From the NCBI GenBank assembly GCA_977018835.1, contig OZ361257.1:2790001-2854000 (forward strand): a stretch of DNA of 64,000 nt, written 5' to 3'. Positions 24,897 through 36,653 of the stretch are shown in pieces; within the stretch, counting starts at the first letter, position 1; the number at the start of each line of letters is the position of its first letter. The translations under genes were made by a program, and so were the position numbers. The notes beneath the pieces were generated by a model. That model saw only the letters and a program-made list of their open reading frames with translations, was not told the origin of the DNA and did not search any database. This DNA is from Minutocellus sp. GHC0000111 (taxonomy: Eukaryota).

Positions 24897-25382
24897 CTAA
24901 ACGTCAAACTTTTCTAGATCTAGATCGCCTGCCCATGTGGTTGTGAAGGATCCGTAGCTGATTTCAGATGCTGTCGATGTGTACGCAATGTCATAAGCGA
25001 TATCATAGGAGATTCTGCCAGCGTTGCTGCCACTTTCTACAAAGACACCTCCACCAGCGCTGTAACCTAGTCTCCTTTTTGCCACTTTTCCCGCCGTAAA
25101 TGCCCCCAGAAGGATAGCAGCCGAAGCAGAAACAGACACAACATTGGCTAGTTTGGCATGATCGACCTTGTCGAGTACCATTTCTTGCTCAGTCGCTATG
25201 TTGTGCAGCACTGCTTCCCCTTGGTCTTTCAGCACAACTGAAACTGGTCTTCTTTGCCCCATGTCATCAACAATCCTATCCCTTCTACTACTAGCATCGC
25301 TCGATACAATCTGATGGGCACTCGAGGGGTGCTCAACAATGCTTGTGCGTGTCCCTCCCATGGAATTTGCATCATCATTTTC
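24897..25382 (-). pseudogene. 3' fragment of a single-pass membrane protein, probably 5'-truncated at the array junction
   Basis: TM segment VVSVSASAAILLGAFTAG followed by basic residues; C-terminus YGSF..W.GDLDLEKFDV. The frame is open up to 25382 and then abuts the opposite-strand fragment. Confidence 0.5.
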
Positions 25383-25962
25383 TTAAGAAGGACGCCTCGT
25401 GTCCTTACTGTGCAGGGTGATTTGAAAGCCATAACAGGGAAGTACTTGGAAGAGAGTCAGGCAGAGCCAGTCCAAATCCAAGATGAAGAGGACGACGATG
25501 ATGCCTTCTTTGATAGCTTTTTCAGAAAGGAGCTTGGGGAGAATTACGAAGAGAAGTTTGCGGTTGCGAATGACGAGATCGATGCGGACAAACTGCTCGA
25601 CCTTTTTCAATATGCCCGGCCTTGGCACCGAGGAGGATAATGACGAGGCCATCAAAGGATTACTGGATGAAATCGCTTCTGATAGTCAAGGTAGATCACA
25701 ATCAACAGACAGAATGATCAGCATTGCTAACGACGGAGCTAAAGCGCTTCCACTCTTTCCCTTTACATCGCCAGAGGGAAAGTCATATGCCTTTGTTCAG
25801 TTCAAAGAAAGTCCCTTGCTTGTCGGAAAAGAGGACCCAAAGATCGACAATACGCAACGACTTTTGCTGGACTCCACGGAGGCATCACTGATTCTGCCGA
25901 GAATAGAGGAGCAGCTAAAGGAGGAGCTTGCGTGTGTGATTGATCAGGAGGAAGAAATTTAG
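25377..25962 (+). pseudogene. DUF3727-like protein, 3' fragment lacking its N-terminus; extra T near 25605
   Basis: FLRRTPRVLTVQGDL, acidic linker, then F..PEGKSYAFV....PLLVGK...LLD..EA..ILPRIEEQL resembles the cyanobacterial/plastid DUF3727 family. No native start or acceptor is evident. Confidence 0.55.
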
Positions 25963-26648
25963 GTTGGTAACAATAATTTTTTGCCTTTTTTAGACAGAAT
26001 CAATCGCCTCATCTAATAAACATGACTGACTGAGTCTAATGCAAGTTGCATGGAAGTTGCAGTCCAAGTGTACCTAGCTACGTAGGTAAGTACATGTATG
26101 TTCGCTGCGGCACCTCCATGAATCGATGTGGGATGATTGCCGCTGGGGAGCAGATCACATACATGTGTACCACTTTATCGATTGATTCTTCTTTCTCAAT
26201 CAATCAAGATCCGCCCGATGTCAAAGCAATCTCGACTCTCGGGGAGATCTAGCTACGTACACGTAGGAATTCCTACCAGTACTCGTGAGTATATTATTCA
26301 GGGCTTCTTTTGACTCGACACTTGGAACTGCCTGTACACTGTATTGTATGGGTCGCATTCCGCGTACATGCTGCCGTACCTAGCTAGGCCAACCATCCAA
26401 CAGTCAGTGAATGTGGAGAAAAATTGCGGTGGCGAAACGTTGGGTATCTACGCAGCTACGTAGATTTGATCTTCTACAGGTACAAACTAGCAAATGTAGA
26501 TTTTAGCATTCCTCTCATGGATTTAATTCTGCGCGCGGGAAAATGAAAACGAATTAAGCAAGAATGCTTTTGTGAAGATGATACCAGCAATACGTCGTAT
26601 TGCGTTGTCACTTTATGGAACTGTTTATACAAAGTCTATTGTTATTGC

Positions 26649-27079
26649 TTACGAACGGGGCTTCTCCTTCTTCTCCTTGTAGAGGGCAAGGAGGGAGACA
26701 CCGGCAACCTTGCAGACCTTGAATCGGACACCGGGAATATCACCAACGGCGTGGCCGGATCGGCCGAAACCAGAGATGAGGACCTCGTCGTTCTCGTCGA
26801 CATAGTTGAGGCAACCATCGCGGGGGACGAAGGCGGCGATCTTCTTGCCGTTCTTGATGAGCTGAACACGGACGCACTTACGGATAGCGGAGTTGGGCTG
26901 CTTGGCCTCGATGCCAATCTTCTCGAGCACGATGCCCTTGGCCATGGTGGCTCCACCCATGGGGTTGGCCTTCATGGCGGTGATGGAGTGGGCCTTGCAG
27001 TACTTCTGATCCTCCAGCGCTGAGTGCGCCTGTGAGTTCGGAGCTTGCGGCCGGTGTTGATTCCCTGAGGCTTGCCCAT
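26649..27079 (-). CDS. RPS23: 40S ribosomal protein S23 (uS12); 1-nt deletion near 27011, probably an error
   Basis: [37 protein letters not shown] here versus CCC in the intact copy. Confidence 0.9.
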
Positions 27080-27204
27080 CTTGTATTCTCCCCTCTTGTG
27101 TCTGCTAAAAAGATGAAGTTACGTGCAACGATATTGCAACGACTGCGATTTTATTGCGAGAGATGAGGAGAAAGAAAGGAAAAGAGCAGGTTAGTAAACA
27201 ACGC

Positions 27205-27432
27205 TGATTCAGATGATCTTGCTTTTGATCAACACGCGGTCATCATGGGCCACTAGTAGTCCGCTGGCGGCAAACCCACTCCAGGCAACACCGAAGTCAT
27301 CCTTCAACCGCCTTCTTCCCGGAAAAAAGCGATATCGCTCGACCGAAAAAGGGAAAGTCTCCCGACCGAAGAGGATCAATCTCGGCATTTCAACCATCCA
27401 AAAGCCTATCGTCGCAGCATCTCATCACAGTG
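27205..27432 (-). ncRNA. Candidate intronic box C/D snoRNA in the RPS23 5'-UTR intron
   Basis: GTGATGA (27428-27422), ATGATGA (27246-27240) and CTGA (27212-27209), just upstream of the branch point TACTAAC. No rRNA guide recognised. Confidence 0.3.
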
Positions 27433-28229
27433 GGAGGGAGGGAAAGCCAAGAGAAGCATACTGGGCAATAACCCATAACCCATCTGTACCTGGGCGGACG
27501 ATCGATCGATCTTTGCGCTTTATCGAGTTGCCACCAATGCCAACGTACGATCACCACAAAACACTGACTGACTGATAGAGCAACCACACCAACGCTAATC
27601 CGAGGAGAGACGAAGCCAAAGGCCACGAGGAGATGCCGCTACTACGCACCTGAAGCGATGAAAGACGGAGGCGGGAGCAATTGGGTTCTGAGCACAATGC
27701 TTGAATCGACAATGCTTGAATCGAGTCGAGTCAGTCGACTAGAAAACTTACATTCTTACTTAAAGTAGCTACCAATATCCTTATCTTTAAATTATTAAAG
27801 GGATTGTCGGACTTCCGGGAAGCACCTACATACAAATCAGAGCACTCTTTCCTGCCGCCAAACCGCAGCACATGGCAGGCAATCAATGCGGCGGTAGCAT
27901 CTCTTGATCTACATTACACTGCATGCGCGTTCTATACAGAAATATTGCGGTAACGGTGCCGGTACCGGTAGACCTACCATGCATGCCGCCGTGTGTTGTC
28001 CTTGTGTTTGAGATTGTGTGAGATCGATCGAATCTGCAAATCAAAATTATCTGATCTGATACCGACCGGTAGATCTAGTAGATCTAGATCTAGATGTCAT
28101 TTTTAGTCTCTTACTTTTCCGGATCTACTTGTAGTAGGATTCCTATACATGTAGATGTCTTTTATGTCTTTTTGAGAATCCATAGCTACGTACTGCGGCA
28201 GTAGTCTCTAGATCTAGCTCGTAGTAGAT

Positions 28230-30504
28230 CTACATATCGGCATGTTCGTGCCACTCCTGCACAAGTTCCATGGCCTTTTCATCGCCGATACCCTGCCATC
28301 TGATCAGTTGCTTTCCTTCCGCCTTGCGCTTGATACGATAGCAAACGGCCCCCATCACCACCATAAGGCCAAGAAAGCCAGTCGATCCTACCTCATGGCC
28401 GTATAAAATGCACGAAAGAGCAATGCTGAGGAGTACCCTTGTTGTCATGATGATGGCAAAAACGACGGCACCAAAGTTCTTAATGGTGTAAAAGATGAAC
28501 AGCTGGCCAATCGTAGAGCAGATAGAAAAGAGGAAGAAATGGAGATGAATCTCTGAGTGCTGAACTACAAAACTAAGTGCGGGGCCGAGCTCTTTTGTGT
28601 GAACCAGTGTGATGAAAGACAAGACCGTCGAGAAAGCCGATGTGGCAAACATGAGCTCAATCATCGACAAGTCCCGATGCCGTTGGAACATACGGCTTTG
28701 CCACTGACTAGTGAAGCTATCAAAAAAGAGGAAGAATCCAAGTAGCATGACCCCCGTCCATGCCGCCGATGCCTTGTCGCCGTGGACATCGTATCCAAAT
28801 TCCAAATCTTCCGAACCTGACATGAACATCGTGATGCCCAGACCAATGAACAAGGCGACGACGTAATCGTACTGGGGATATTCCTTGTTGCCTAACATCT
28901 TGCCCATAGCCATTACGGGCGCCAATTTGAATGATTTAAACAGTGTGGCGGCTGGGAACGAAACATACTTGAGCGCCTCGTACTGGCACCAACTGCTAAG
29001 CATATTCGATATCGAAGGAAAAGAGTACTCATAGATAATGGTGCTCTTGGACCGTCGAGGCTTTAGGTAGAGAAGCAGACCACCCGACATGATGAGAGTC
29101 CAGAAACGATTGGTAAAGACAAGAGCATAGGAATAAGTGAAGTATTCTCCAGTGATGCGAGGGTATCGCCTTGTGAGCATTCGTTCCTGCACATGATCAA
29201 ATATGAGAATATTGGTGGGCAAAGTTAGACGCAGATACTACGCAGATCGAGGAAGATCACAACGGCATTGATACTGGGTCAACGTTTCGACCTCCAAGGA
29301 TCCAACATCCAAAACATCGGACACAGAAATACTAGCTAGACTACTAGCTAGATCTGCGTTGCCAATTATCAATGCGACGCACCTGTAGAACGCCCCACGT
29401 CACGAAAGTAAGGTTCAACATGAGGACGCAGAGGCCGAGCCGCTTCATAACGTCATTACGACTCGTTGTTGTTTGATCGAATTCGAGAAAGTTTCCACCG
29501 CTGATTGCCCGTTTCCGCCCATTAATTTTGTTTCGCCGGCGATGAGGAGTCGACCCGTCAACACCAGCCTCCGGCTCTTCCATTTCGAGGAGCAGTCCAT
29601 CGGACTCGGATTCCTCGTCGGAAGATCCTACTTCGTCTTCGTCGCTACTAAAGTCCTCTTCATCCTCTTCATCGGCGCCCTCCATCGAGCTTTCATCCTC
29701 GTTATCGGAGCTGTAGTAAGACGACATATTCTTGCCCTCTTCCCCTCCTTCGTCATCCTCGGTAGTGCTACCTCTGCGACTTCCGCTGCTCCGCACTCGC
29801 ACATACGACATTCGCGAGCTGGACGCTCCCTGGCTCTCGGCACTTCCTCGCTCAAGCGACTCAGGAAAATAAATCTTGCACACCATGGTCGTGATGATTA
29901 CCATCGCAACGTCTACGATATTGGTCGGAATTGGAGGGGACAAAGAAACGGAGGGGGTTAGCAATGACTCACTCTAAAAAGTGTATTCATAAACGCTTTT
30001 CGCATTGCTTGCGAACACTTGTTGTTTCACATTTGACTAGCTACGTAGCTAGAGTAAATGCGTTTGTCACATGTATGCTCTGCACATCTCCTTAGCATTG
30101 CACATTCGTGCCGACTGGTCGTACTGCGAAGTGCAGATTATAGTATGACAGGACAAACCCCTTTCCAATTCCGCAATACATTTGTGTGTAATGTACTCGC
30201 ACTCACACAACAAGAAGTTGGTCGCCAGGAGAAACAATTCGGCCTCGGCTGTAGGACTCAAGAGGGGACTGGAAGAGTCCGGGACGGCACCCCCGAACTG
30301 CTGCTCGTATGGTGTACCGGGCCGCTCTCCGTACAGACCGCCGGAGGTGTAGTCGGCCCCGGCCTCGGCGTTGGAGGTATCGGCCGCTAGGTGGGCAAAG
30401 TCATCGTCTTCGCCCGCCTCCCCTGCTGCACCGGCAGTTGCGCCGGCGAGCTGACGGAGCAGCTTCCGCGGTGCGGTAGCCGACGCCAGCGTAATAAAAT
30501 CCAT
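28230..30504 (-). CDS. PAPS / nucleotide-sugar transporter, SLC35B2-like (exons 30504-30207, 29912-29383, 29186-28230)
   Basis: WGVLQERMLT, SSWCQYEALKYVSFP, KSFKLAPVMAMG, FDSFTSQWQ, GQLFIFYTIKNFGA; splice phases are consistent. Confidence 0.9.
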
Positions 30505-30764
30505 GATATGTTACAGCAGACTAGTGCAAAGGGGACATAAAAATTCTGGCTGGGGCTAGCTAAGCCAGGATGCAATAAGCTGTAAGGCCAAGATGGATTT
30601 GCAATGACCGCGTCGCTCATGATGGCGGTTTCCGCCAACAACAACATGCGTTGAGCATTTTAGCTTGTGATAGGGATGTCCCAGAAGATAAACAAGCTTA
30701 AACCCTGGTATGTCGGCAAGTGTCAATACGCCCACAACTAACTTCACCCCACACCCCAGCCACC

Positions 30765-32154
30765 ATGCCGTCGCCGCCGGCCAGTATTAACCGACCTAAG
30801 AATCATCTCATCGTCGACGCGACAAAGCCATATAGCTTCAGTTTCCTCAAGTATGGTCGCGAAGAGAAGGTGACGGTTGATCAGACGGCAGAGGAGGCCA
30901 CATGGCGTGAGTTTGCAAGTGACTACTGTGATGAAAAGTTTCTCTCACTCGCGCTCTGCTAGCTCGCCGTATCTTCAAATGCAGAGTGTTGCTCTGACGA
31001 ATACATGTCAGGATATTAGAAACACCGCTCAACCAATGAATTTTACATGCTCACGCTCGAACTAAATCAATGCTATGTGTTACGTCCACGCTAATCCATC
31101 ATTTCATCTGTATCCATTTTGTTTTCGACGGATCTTTCCATCTCCATACCGCCTTTGTTTGTGTCGACGAACAATCCAAATCAAAACAAAACTTTGCCTT
31201 ATGTCCACGAAAAATAGCGGGAGGCGCACTATGGGATGTTGGCGTATTGATGGCCAAACTGCTCGTCATGGCGACTAGTCCTCCTCCTCCACCAAACTCG
31301 CGAGAGCCGTTCATCCCCCGGCTTGTTGCTCCGGGAGTTTGGGGCCCGGTATCTTGGAGAGAACGGCGCGTCCTCGAGTTGGGTTGTGGCGTCGGCCTCA
31401 CAGGATTGGTGGCGGGAGCAGTAGGGGCAAGAGCGGTGCTGCTCACGGATCTCAAAGCTGTAGTGGAGGGAATCACGCAACGGAACGTCGAACACAATTC
31501 TCATTTGGGGGGTAATGGTGGTGCCAAAATAAGCGCAATGCCACTGTGTTGGGGAAACGCCGATGATGAGACAGCGGCTGCTCAGGAGTTGGATCGATTG
31601 GCTCCTCCACTTCTGCCGAACGAAAAGGCTGGTGGGAGAAAGAAGAAATCCAAGTTGAAAGTTGGGAAACGAGATAGTGACGCTGCGTGCACGGGGAACT
31701 TACCTCTGTCTTCATCAACATCAACAAGAGAGGGAATGCCAGCATTTTGCTTATTGGTGATGTCGCCTATCAGCACCGGCCGGGGAGTGAGTCACACTTT
31801 GACATACTCATGTCCACCGTTCTGCGCTTTACCGACAGTCAGACATTAGTGGTCTTTGGAACGCGAATGCGAATGCCCGCATCGGCGGACTTATTGGAAA
31901 TGTTTCGAAAGCATTTTGATGAGATTGTTGAGCCGATAGAGGCGCATGAAATAGACAAGTCCTTCGCTTCCGCAAATCTAGGAAGGAAGCACAATATAAC
32001 GATGCATTTGCTAAGAAGAAAGAAGGACGAGGTGGGGCCCGAAGAAGTTTGGCGAGTTTGGCTAGCTACATACTCTAGCTACAGTAGCTACCTAGGTACA
32101 TGTATAACGATTTTCTACGTAGACGTTTATAGGATCGACATAATCAGAAGATGA
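30765..32154 (+). CDS. METTL21 / family-16 protein-lysine methyltransferase; intron ~30907-31217; apparent 1-nt frameshift near 31740
   Basis: Spliced TWPGGALWD; VLELGCGVGLTGL, LLTDL, LCWG, IGDVAY. The stop position is uncertain. Confidence 0.82.
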
Positions 32155-33083
32155 GAAGCGAAGAAAGTAGGACAAGCAAAACCAGCCGCAGATAATTACT
32201 CATAGCGCCGTTCAGGTCCACTTCTAAATCCTCTAAACTGCTCGTAGTAACCATATTCTCGACTCGAATGACGAGCCGAGAATCCGTCACTATCAGAGCA
32301 CCTACCAGTTTCAAAATGATTCTTTGCCTCCTCAGCGACCCTGGCTGCCTCTCCTCTCGAGCCTCGAACAAAGTGCAGTCGTGATCTCTTATGCAGAGAG
32401 AGACCACGGGCAATGGCACCAGCAATCGCTCGACGATAAAGGTGTAAGGTGACAGAATATGCTCCACCCTTTACCTCGGTCTCAAAAATCGGAGAGTTAT
32501 ATACTGCATCACCCCGAGCTACCGCCATGCGAGCCTAGGTACATGTAGCTAGATCTACGTAGCTAGAGCGTACCTAGGTACACGTAGATCTAGCTAGCTA
32601 CTGTAGCTAGAATATGTACTTAGCTTGCTAGCTAAATTGGTGTAGCATAGAAAACATGCATGTAGGCAAGCTAGAGCGTACACGTAGCTAGCCACCAGTT
32701 GAGCACCTGACGTATCATGTAGTTGTACTACGTAGCTAGCTAGCTAGCTAGAGAGAAATAAAGCAATTTTGAACATGTATTCTTTCTCTATTATCTCGTG
32801 ATTTCATGTGTTTTACAGGTAGAGTCTAGCACACCAGCACAGCTGTACCAGCCAGCATTACCATGATTGACGCATCAGTAGTAGACATGTGTACCTGCTG
32901 GTAGGCAGGTACGAGGCTCGTACATACATCTGCATCGTACATTTTTGAACAAAATAAAGATCTATCGCGAATGCATATGTCCCAGATTTCTCGGTTCCTC
33001 CCTCCAACCCCTTCATCAGCTTCCTACGATGCTAGACACACACCAAAATACCGACCAAGACTTCCGTATCAAGCAAAACTTTT

Positions 33084-34893
33084 CTAAACGTTGGTGCTTT
33101 CCATCTCAGTGCCATCATCGTCACTCTTGGGAAAAAGTTCCTCGTAAATCTTGGGCGTCATGAGAAGAGTACCGCACACCGTGCAACCAATGAGGAAGAC
33201 CCAAACGGAACCCCAGCCGAAAGTCTCCTGCAGTGGACCGACGGCAAGAAGACCGATCGATGCAGTGATGGAACCTGTGCCATTAATAAGGCCGGTGACG
33301 GTGCCCAGAGACTTGTTGCTTCCACGGACCGAGGGGTGTGAAGCCAAATCAGCAGCGACGGCACTGGTAATGATGTTGTTGGGGCCACCGACGAGGATAC
33401 CCATGATGCAAAGCATGACAAGTAGGGCGACGGGGTGGAGTGTTTCGGAGGACGCGGCAAAGATGGACAGAAAGACAATGAGACAAGTCATGAAGACGCC
33501 AATCACCGAGGCACGGCGTCCACCAAACAGATCGGAGACGAATCCGACGATGATGCCACCGGGCATCATACCAACGGAATAGCAGGCAGCGATCAGGTTG
33601 GCAGTGACAGGATCAAAGTTCTTTCCAAGGAAGTAGGGGAGCCAAAAGAAGAGGACATAGTTGGTCAGCTTGAAAAAGCCAAAGGCGACGGCGTACTGGG
33701 CAACCATAGGAATGCGGATGGCAGCAGCGTAACTAATGGGCTTGGGGCCCTCGTCCTCGATGGTCTCGCCATCCTTGAGGTTGGCGCGGGCAGCCTCGAG
33801 CTTTGCCATGCGGATGCGGACCTCGTCGGTGATAATGCCAACGTCGGCGGGGTCGGCAATGAGACGCATGGTGAGGAAACCCCATCCAAGATTGGTAAGG
33901 GAGGGGATGAGGAGGGCCCACCAGTATGGAAGGCCGATGCCAAGGACCCAAGCGGTACAAAGGGCAGCGGTGATGTCACCGCAGTACTGGTGGCAAGTCC
34001 AAAGCCCGAAGATGAGACCACGGTTCTTAACACTGTCTTTGTCACAGAACCAGTTGCCCATGACGGCAGTGCCTGTTGTATTTTTCGGTGGGCGGAACAT
34101 CGAGAACGAAAACTTTGGTATTAGGGAGCAGAGCATGGCACATGAAATAAGAACCTACTAACTAGCAGCAATCTTTGCTGATTTGTACTAGACTAGTAAT
34201 ATGAAAATAAAAACTTACCAACAGGTCCACCGGTTGACTGGAAGAAGCCAAACATGAAGTAGACGGCCAGGATGAAGAAGTTGCCGAGCTGCTCGGAAAA
34301 GCCAACAAAGTCGAACCAAAGGCTAACGTTGATGAGGAAAAGGCAGGCACCACTTCCGAACAGGCCGATGGCCAACACGGTGGTAGGGTTGAGGGTGTCG
34401 CCGAGCTTGCCGCTGACGATGTTGCCGACGGCGTAGGTGGCCATGAAGGTGGTGTCCATGGCGGATAGGATTAGGGATGAGTATCCGGCCTCATCCTGCA
34501 GCTGCTGCTTGACCGTGGAGTAGCACTTGCGGGAGAAATGCGCCATGAAATAGCCACCAAAGGTAACAAAGAACGCCCACCTTTGATGATCGCAAAACAA
34601 ATGAAATGTGGCATATCGAAGTTCGTGAGAGATGTGTGTCCGAGACAGAGAAAATCTGCCTATCCAAAGTAACTATGCAGCAGCAGTACCCCTTACTGCA
34701 CAGGCTCTTGTTCCGGATAAACATGAAGCAATTGTGCAATTTCAAGCAAGTTGAAGATTCGGACTTTTTATGCGGACGCGGCAGAACTAGGAACGATTCT
34801 TCCATTTACCGATACGTACCATTGGTAGGCCTTCAACCTCTTGAGGTGCTCATCTTCGCTCTTTCCAACGAGCGATGTGGTTTCGGATGCCAT
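33084..34893 (-). CDS. MFS organophosphate:Pi antiporter (GlpT/SLC37 family), 3 exons
   Basis: AHFSRKCYS, FQSTGGP, AVMGNWF....RGLIFGLW, FFKLTNYVLFFWLP, LGTVTGLINGTGS. Confidence 0.9.
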
Positions 34894-35247
34894 GGTGGTC
34901 GTAGTCTATGGTTTGTCTGGCTGAGCACTTATCCGCCGATCGGCACTTTGTGATGGGTGGTGGGGATTTGCCGGAAGATGCGGAAAAAAAGATGCCGCGC
35001 GCCAGCCAGCGAGGAACAAATGGTTCTCTGCGATAATTTTTTGAGGATTCACAACACACCGAATTTCCTCACAGTTGGACTCGCTCGACTGAAACGAGAC
35101 CAGGTGTGAGACCAGGTCGAGACCATGGGCAATGGGCAAAATAACATTGTTATTATTAGCCCATGGTCGAGACCAGGTCGAGCATACACGCGCGTGATGT
35201 TGGCACTCCAAGCCGAATGAATCAGTCAGACATCATGATGAAGAGCA

Positions 35248-36540
35248 ATGGTGGTAGTGATGGCACGCCTTCCTGCCCGTGCTGTGCCTTTCTTCCGGAC
35301 AATCTGTTCCTCCCATCGCCTGAAACAACATCTCATGATTCGAATCGAGAGTAGCTGCAAGAATAAGGATGATGGTGGTGGTGCTGGGACATTGCCCGCC
35401 GGTAGCACCGCCTCATCGGTGCCAAGTCCAAGTGAGGCATGGGAACTCCTACTTCGTCAGTCAGCAGAACGAGAAGAGGGTACGATGATCGTGGATACTC
35501 ATGGACATCCTCAGCTCGAGCGAGACGCTGATAATGCTGATTATGATGGAAGTAGTGCACGTAGCGGCTCACGTCGTGTTGACGTTGGTTTAGCATCGTC
35601 AAATGCAAATCTCTCCACAATATCAGTTGTATGTGCGGTATCAACGGATGATTGGCAGTCAACACTGAAGTATGCGGCAGACTCGTCCCGTCGGGAGAGG
35701 ACACTGCCTGCACTTGGTGTCCATCCATGGTATTTGTATCCGGATCTGAGCCCCTCGTACCTTTCCGATCTTGAATCGCTTCTCGTGCAACATCCGCGGG
35801 CAATCGTTGGAGAAATTGGCCTGTGCAAGGTTGCCAAGTTCGTCCGCCAGTATCCTGCAGAGCTGGGTGGGAAGTCAGCTGCTCTGGAATTGCAACGAAG
35901 CGTGTTTCGTGATCAATTTCTTCTAGCGGCGAAACTACGCCGACCATGTACGGTCCACTGCGTGCAGCAGCATGGAGTATTGATGAGGCTGTTGAAGGAA
36001 GTACGCGAAGATGCCTTGAAGGTTGTCAGGGAATGGAAGAGGGCACAAACGAAGACGAAGGCGAAAGGAGGGGGGGCGGGAAAGGAACGTTTGAATGGAC
36101 AAGGAGCGCCAAAGCTTACTGATGCATTTCCGTCGGCAGTCGCCATGCATTCCTTCACTGGAACAGCGCACCACGTAAAAGAACTTCTTGCCTTTGAGGC
36201 GTCGTTAATGAGCAAAGAGGACAAGCCCGGTGCAACTTCAAGTCAAGACATAACGGCACCGATTTTTTATTTTGGGTTCTCACATGCAGTCAATGTTGGA
36301 ATGTGTTCCTCTGACAAAAGTCGGACGCAAAACATTGAGGCTATCCAGGCAGTGCCGATGAATCGCCTCTTGGCTGAGTCGGACGTTCACTGTACGGTCG
36401 ATGTTGAAACTGGAACATCAGGGGCATTAGCCTATCTTTCTCTCGCGACTGGAGCGGAGATAGCAGACATGGCAGACACAACAACGAAAAATGCTTTGGA
36501 TTTTCTAAGTTCTGTTGTTTACATGCAGGATAAATTTTAA
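35248..36540 (+). CDS. TatD-family nuclease
   Basis: VDTHGH, LGVHPWY, VGEIGL, TVHCVQ, MHSFTG, LLAESD. Confidence 0.9.
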   Translation: MVVVMARLPARAVPFFRTICSSHRLKQHLMIRIESSCKNKDDGGGAGTLPAGSTASSVPSPSEAWELLLRQSAEREEGTMIVDTHGHPQLERDADNADYDGSSARSGSRRVDVGLASSNANLSTISVVCAVSTDDWQSTLKYAADSSRRERTLPALGVHPWYLYPDLSPSYLSDLESLLVQHPRAIVGEIGLCKVAKFVRQYPAELGGKSAALELQRSVFRDQFLLAAKLRRPCTVHCVQQHGVLMRLLKEVREDALKVVREWKRAQTKTKAKGGGAGKERLNGQGAPKLTDAFPSAVAMHSFTGTAHHVKELLAFEASLMSKEDKPGATSSQDITAPIFYFGFSHAVNVGMCSSDKSRTQNIEAIQAVPMNRLLAESDVHCTVDVETGTSGALAYLSLATGAEIADMADTTTKNALDFLSSVVYMQDKF

Positions 36541-36653
36541 TTAATGCAAGTGATATTATTACGTGGTCATTCTAATGTTTCTCTGGGGTACTAAATCATG
36601 TACTTGACTCACTAGATCCACTGCTTCACTCAGCGTTGCCATTGCCAATATTT

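Noticed and set aside
27351..27362. GGGAAAGTCTCC resembling RNase P/MRP CR-I
   Set aside because: No matching CR-V/P4 3' strand found downstream.
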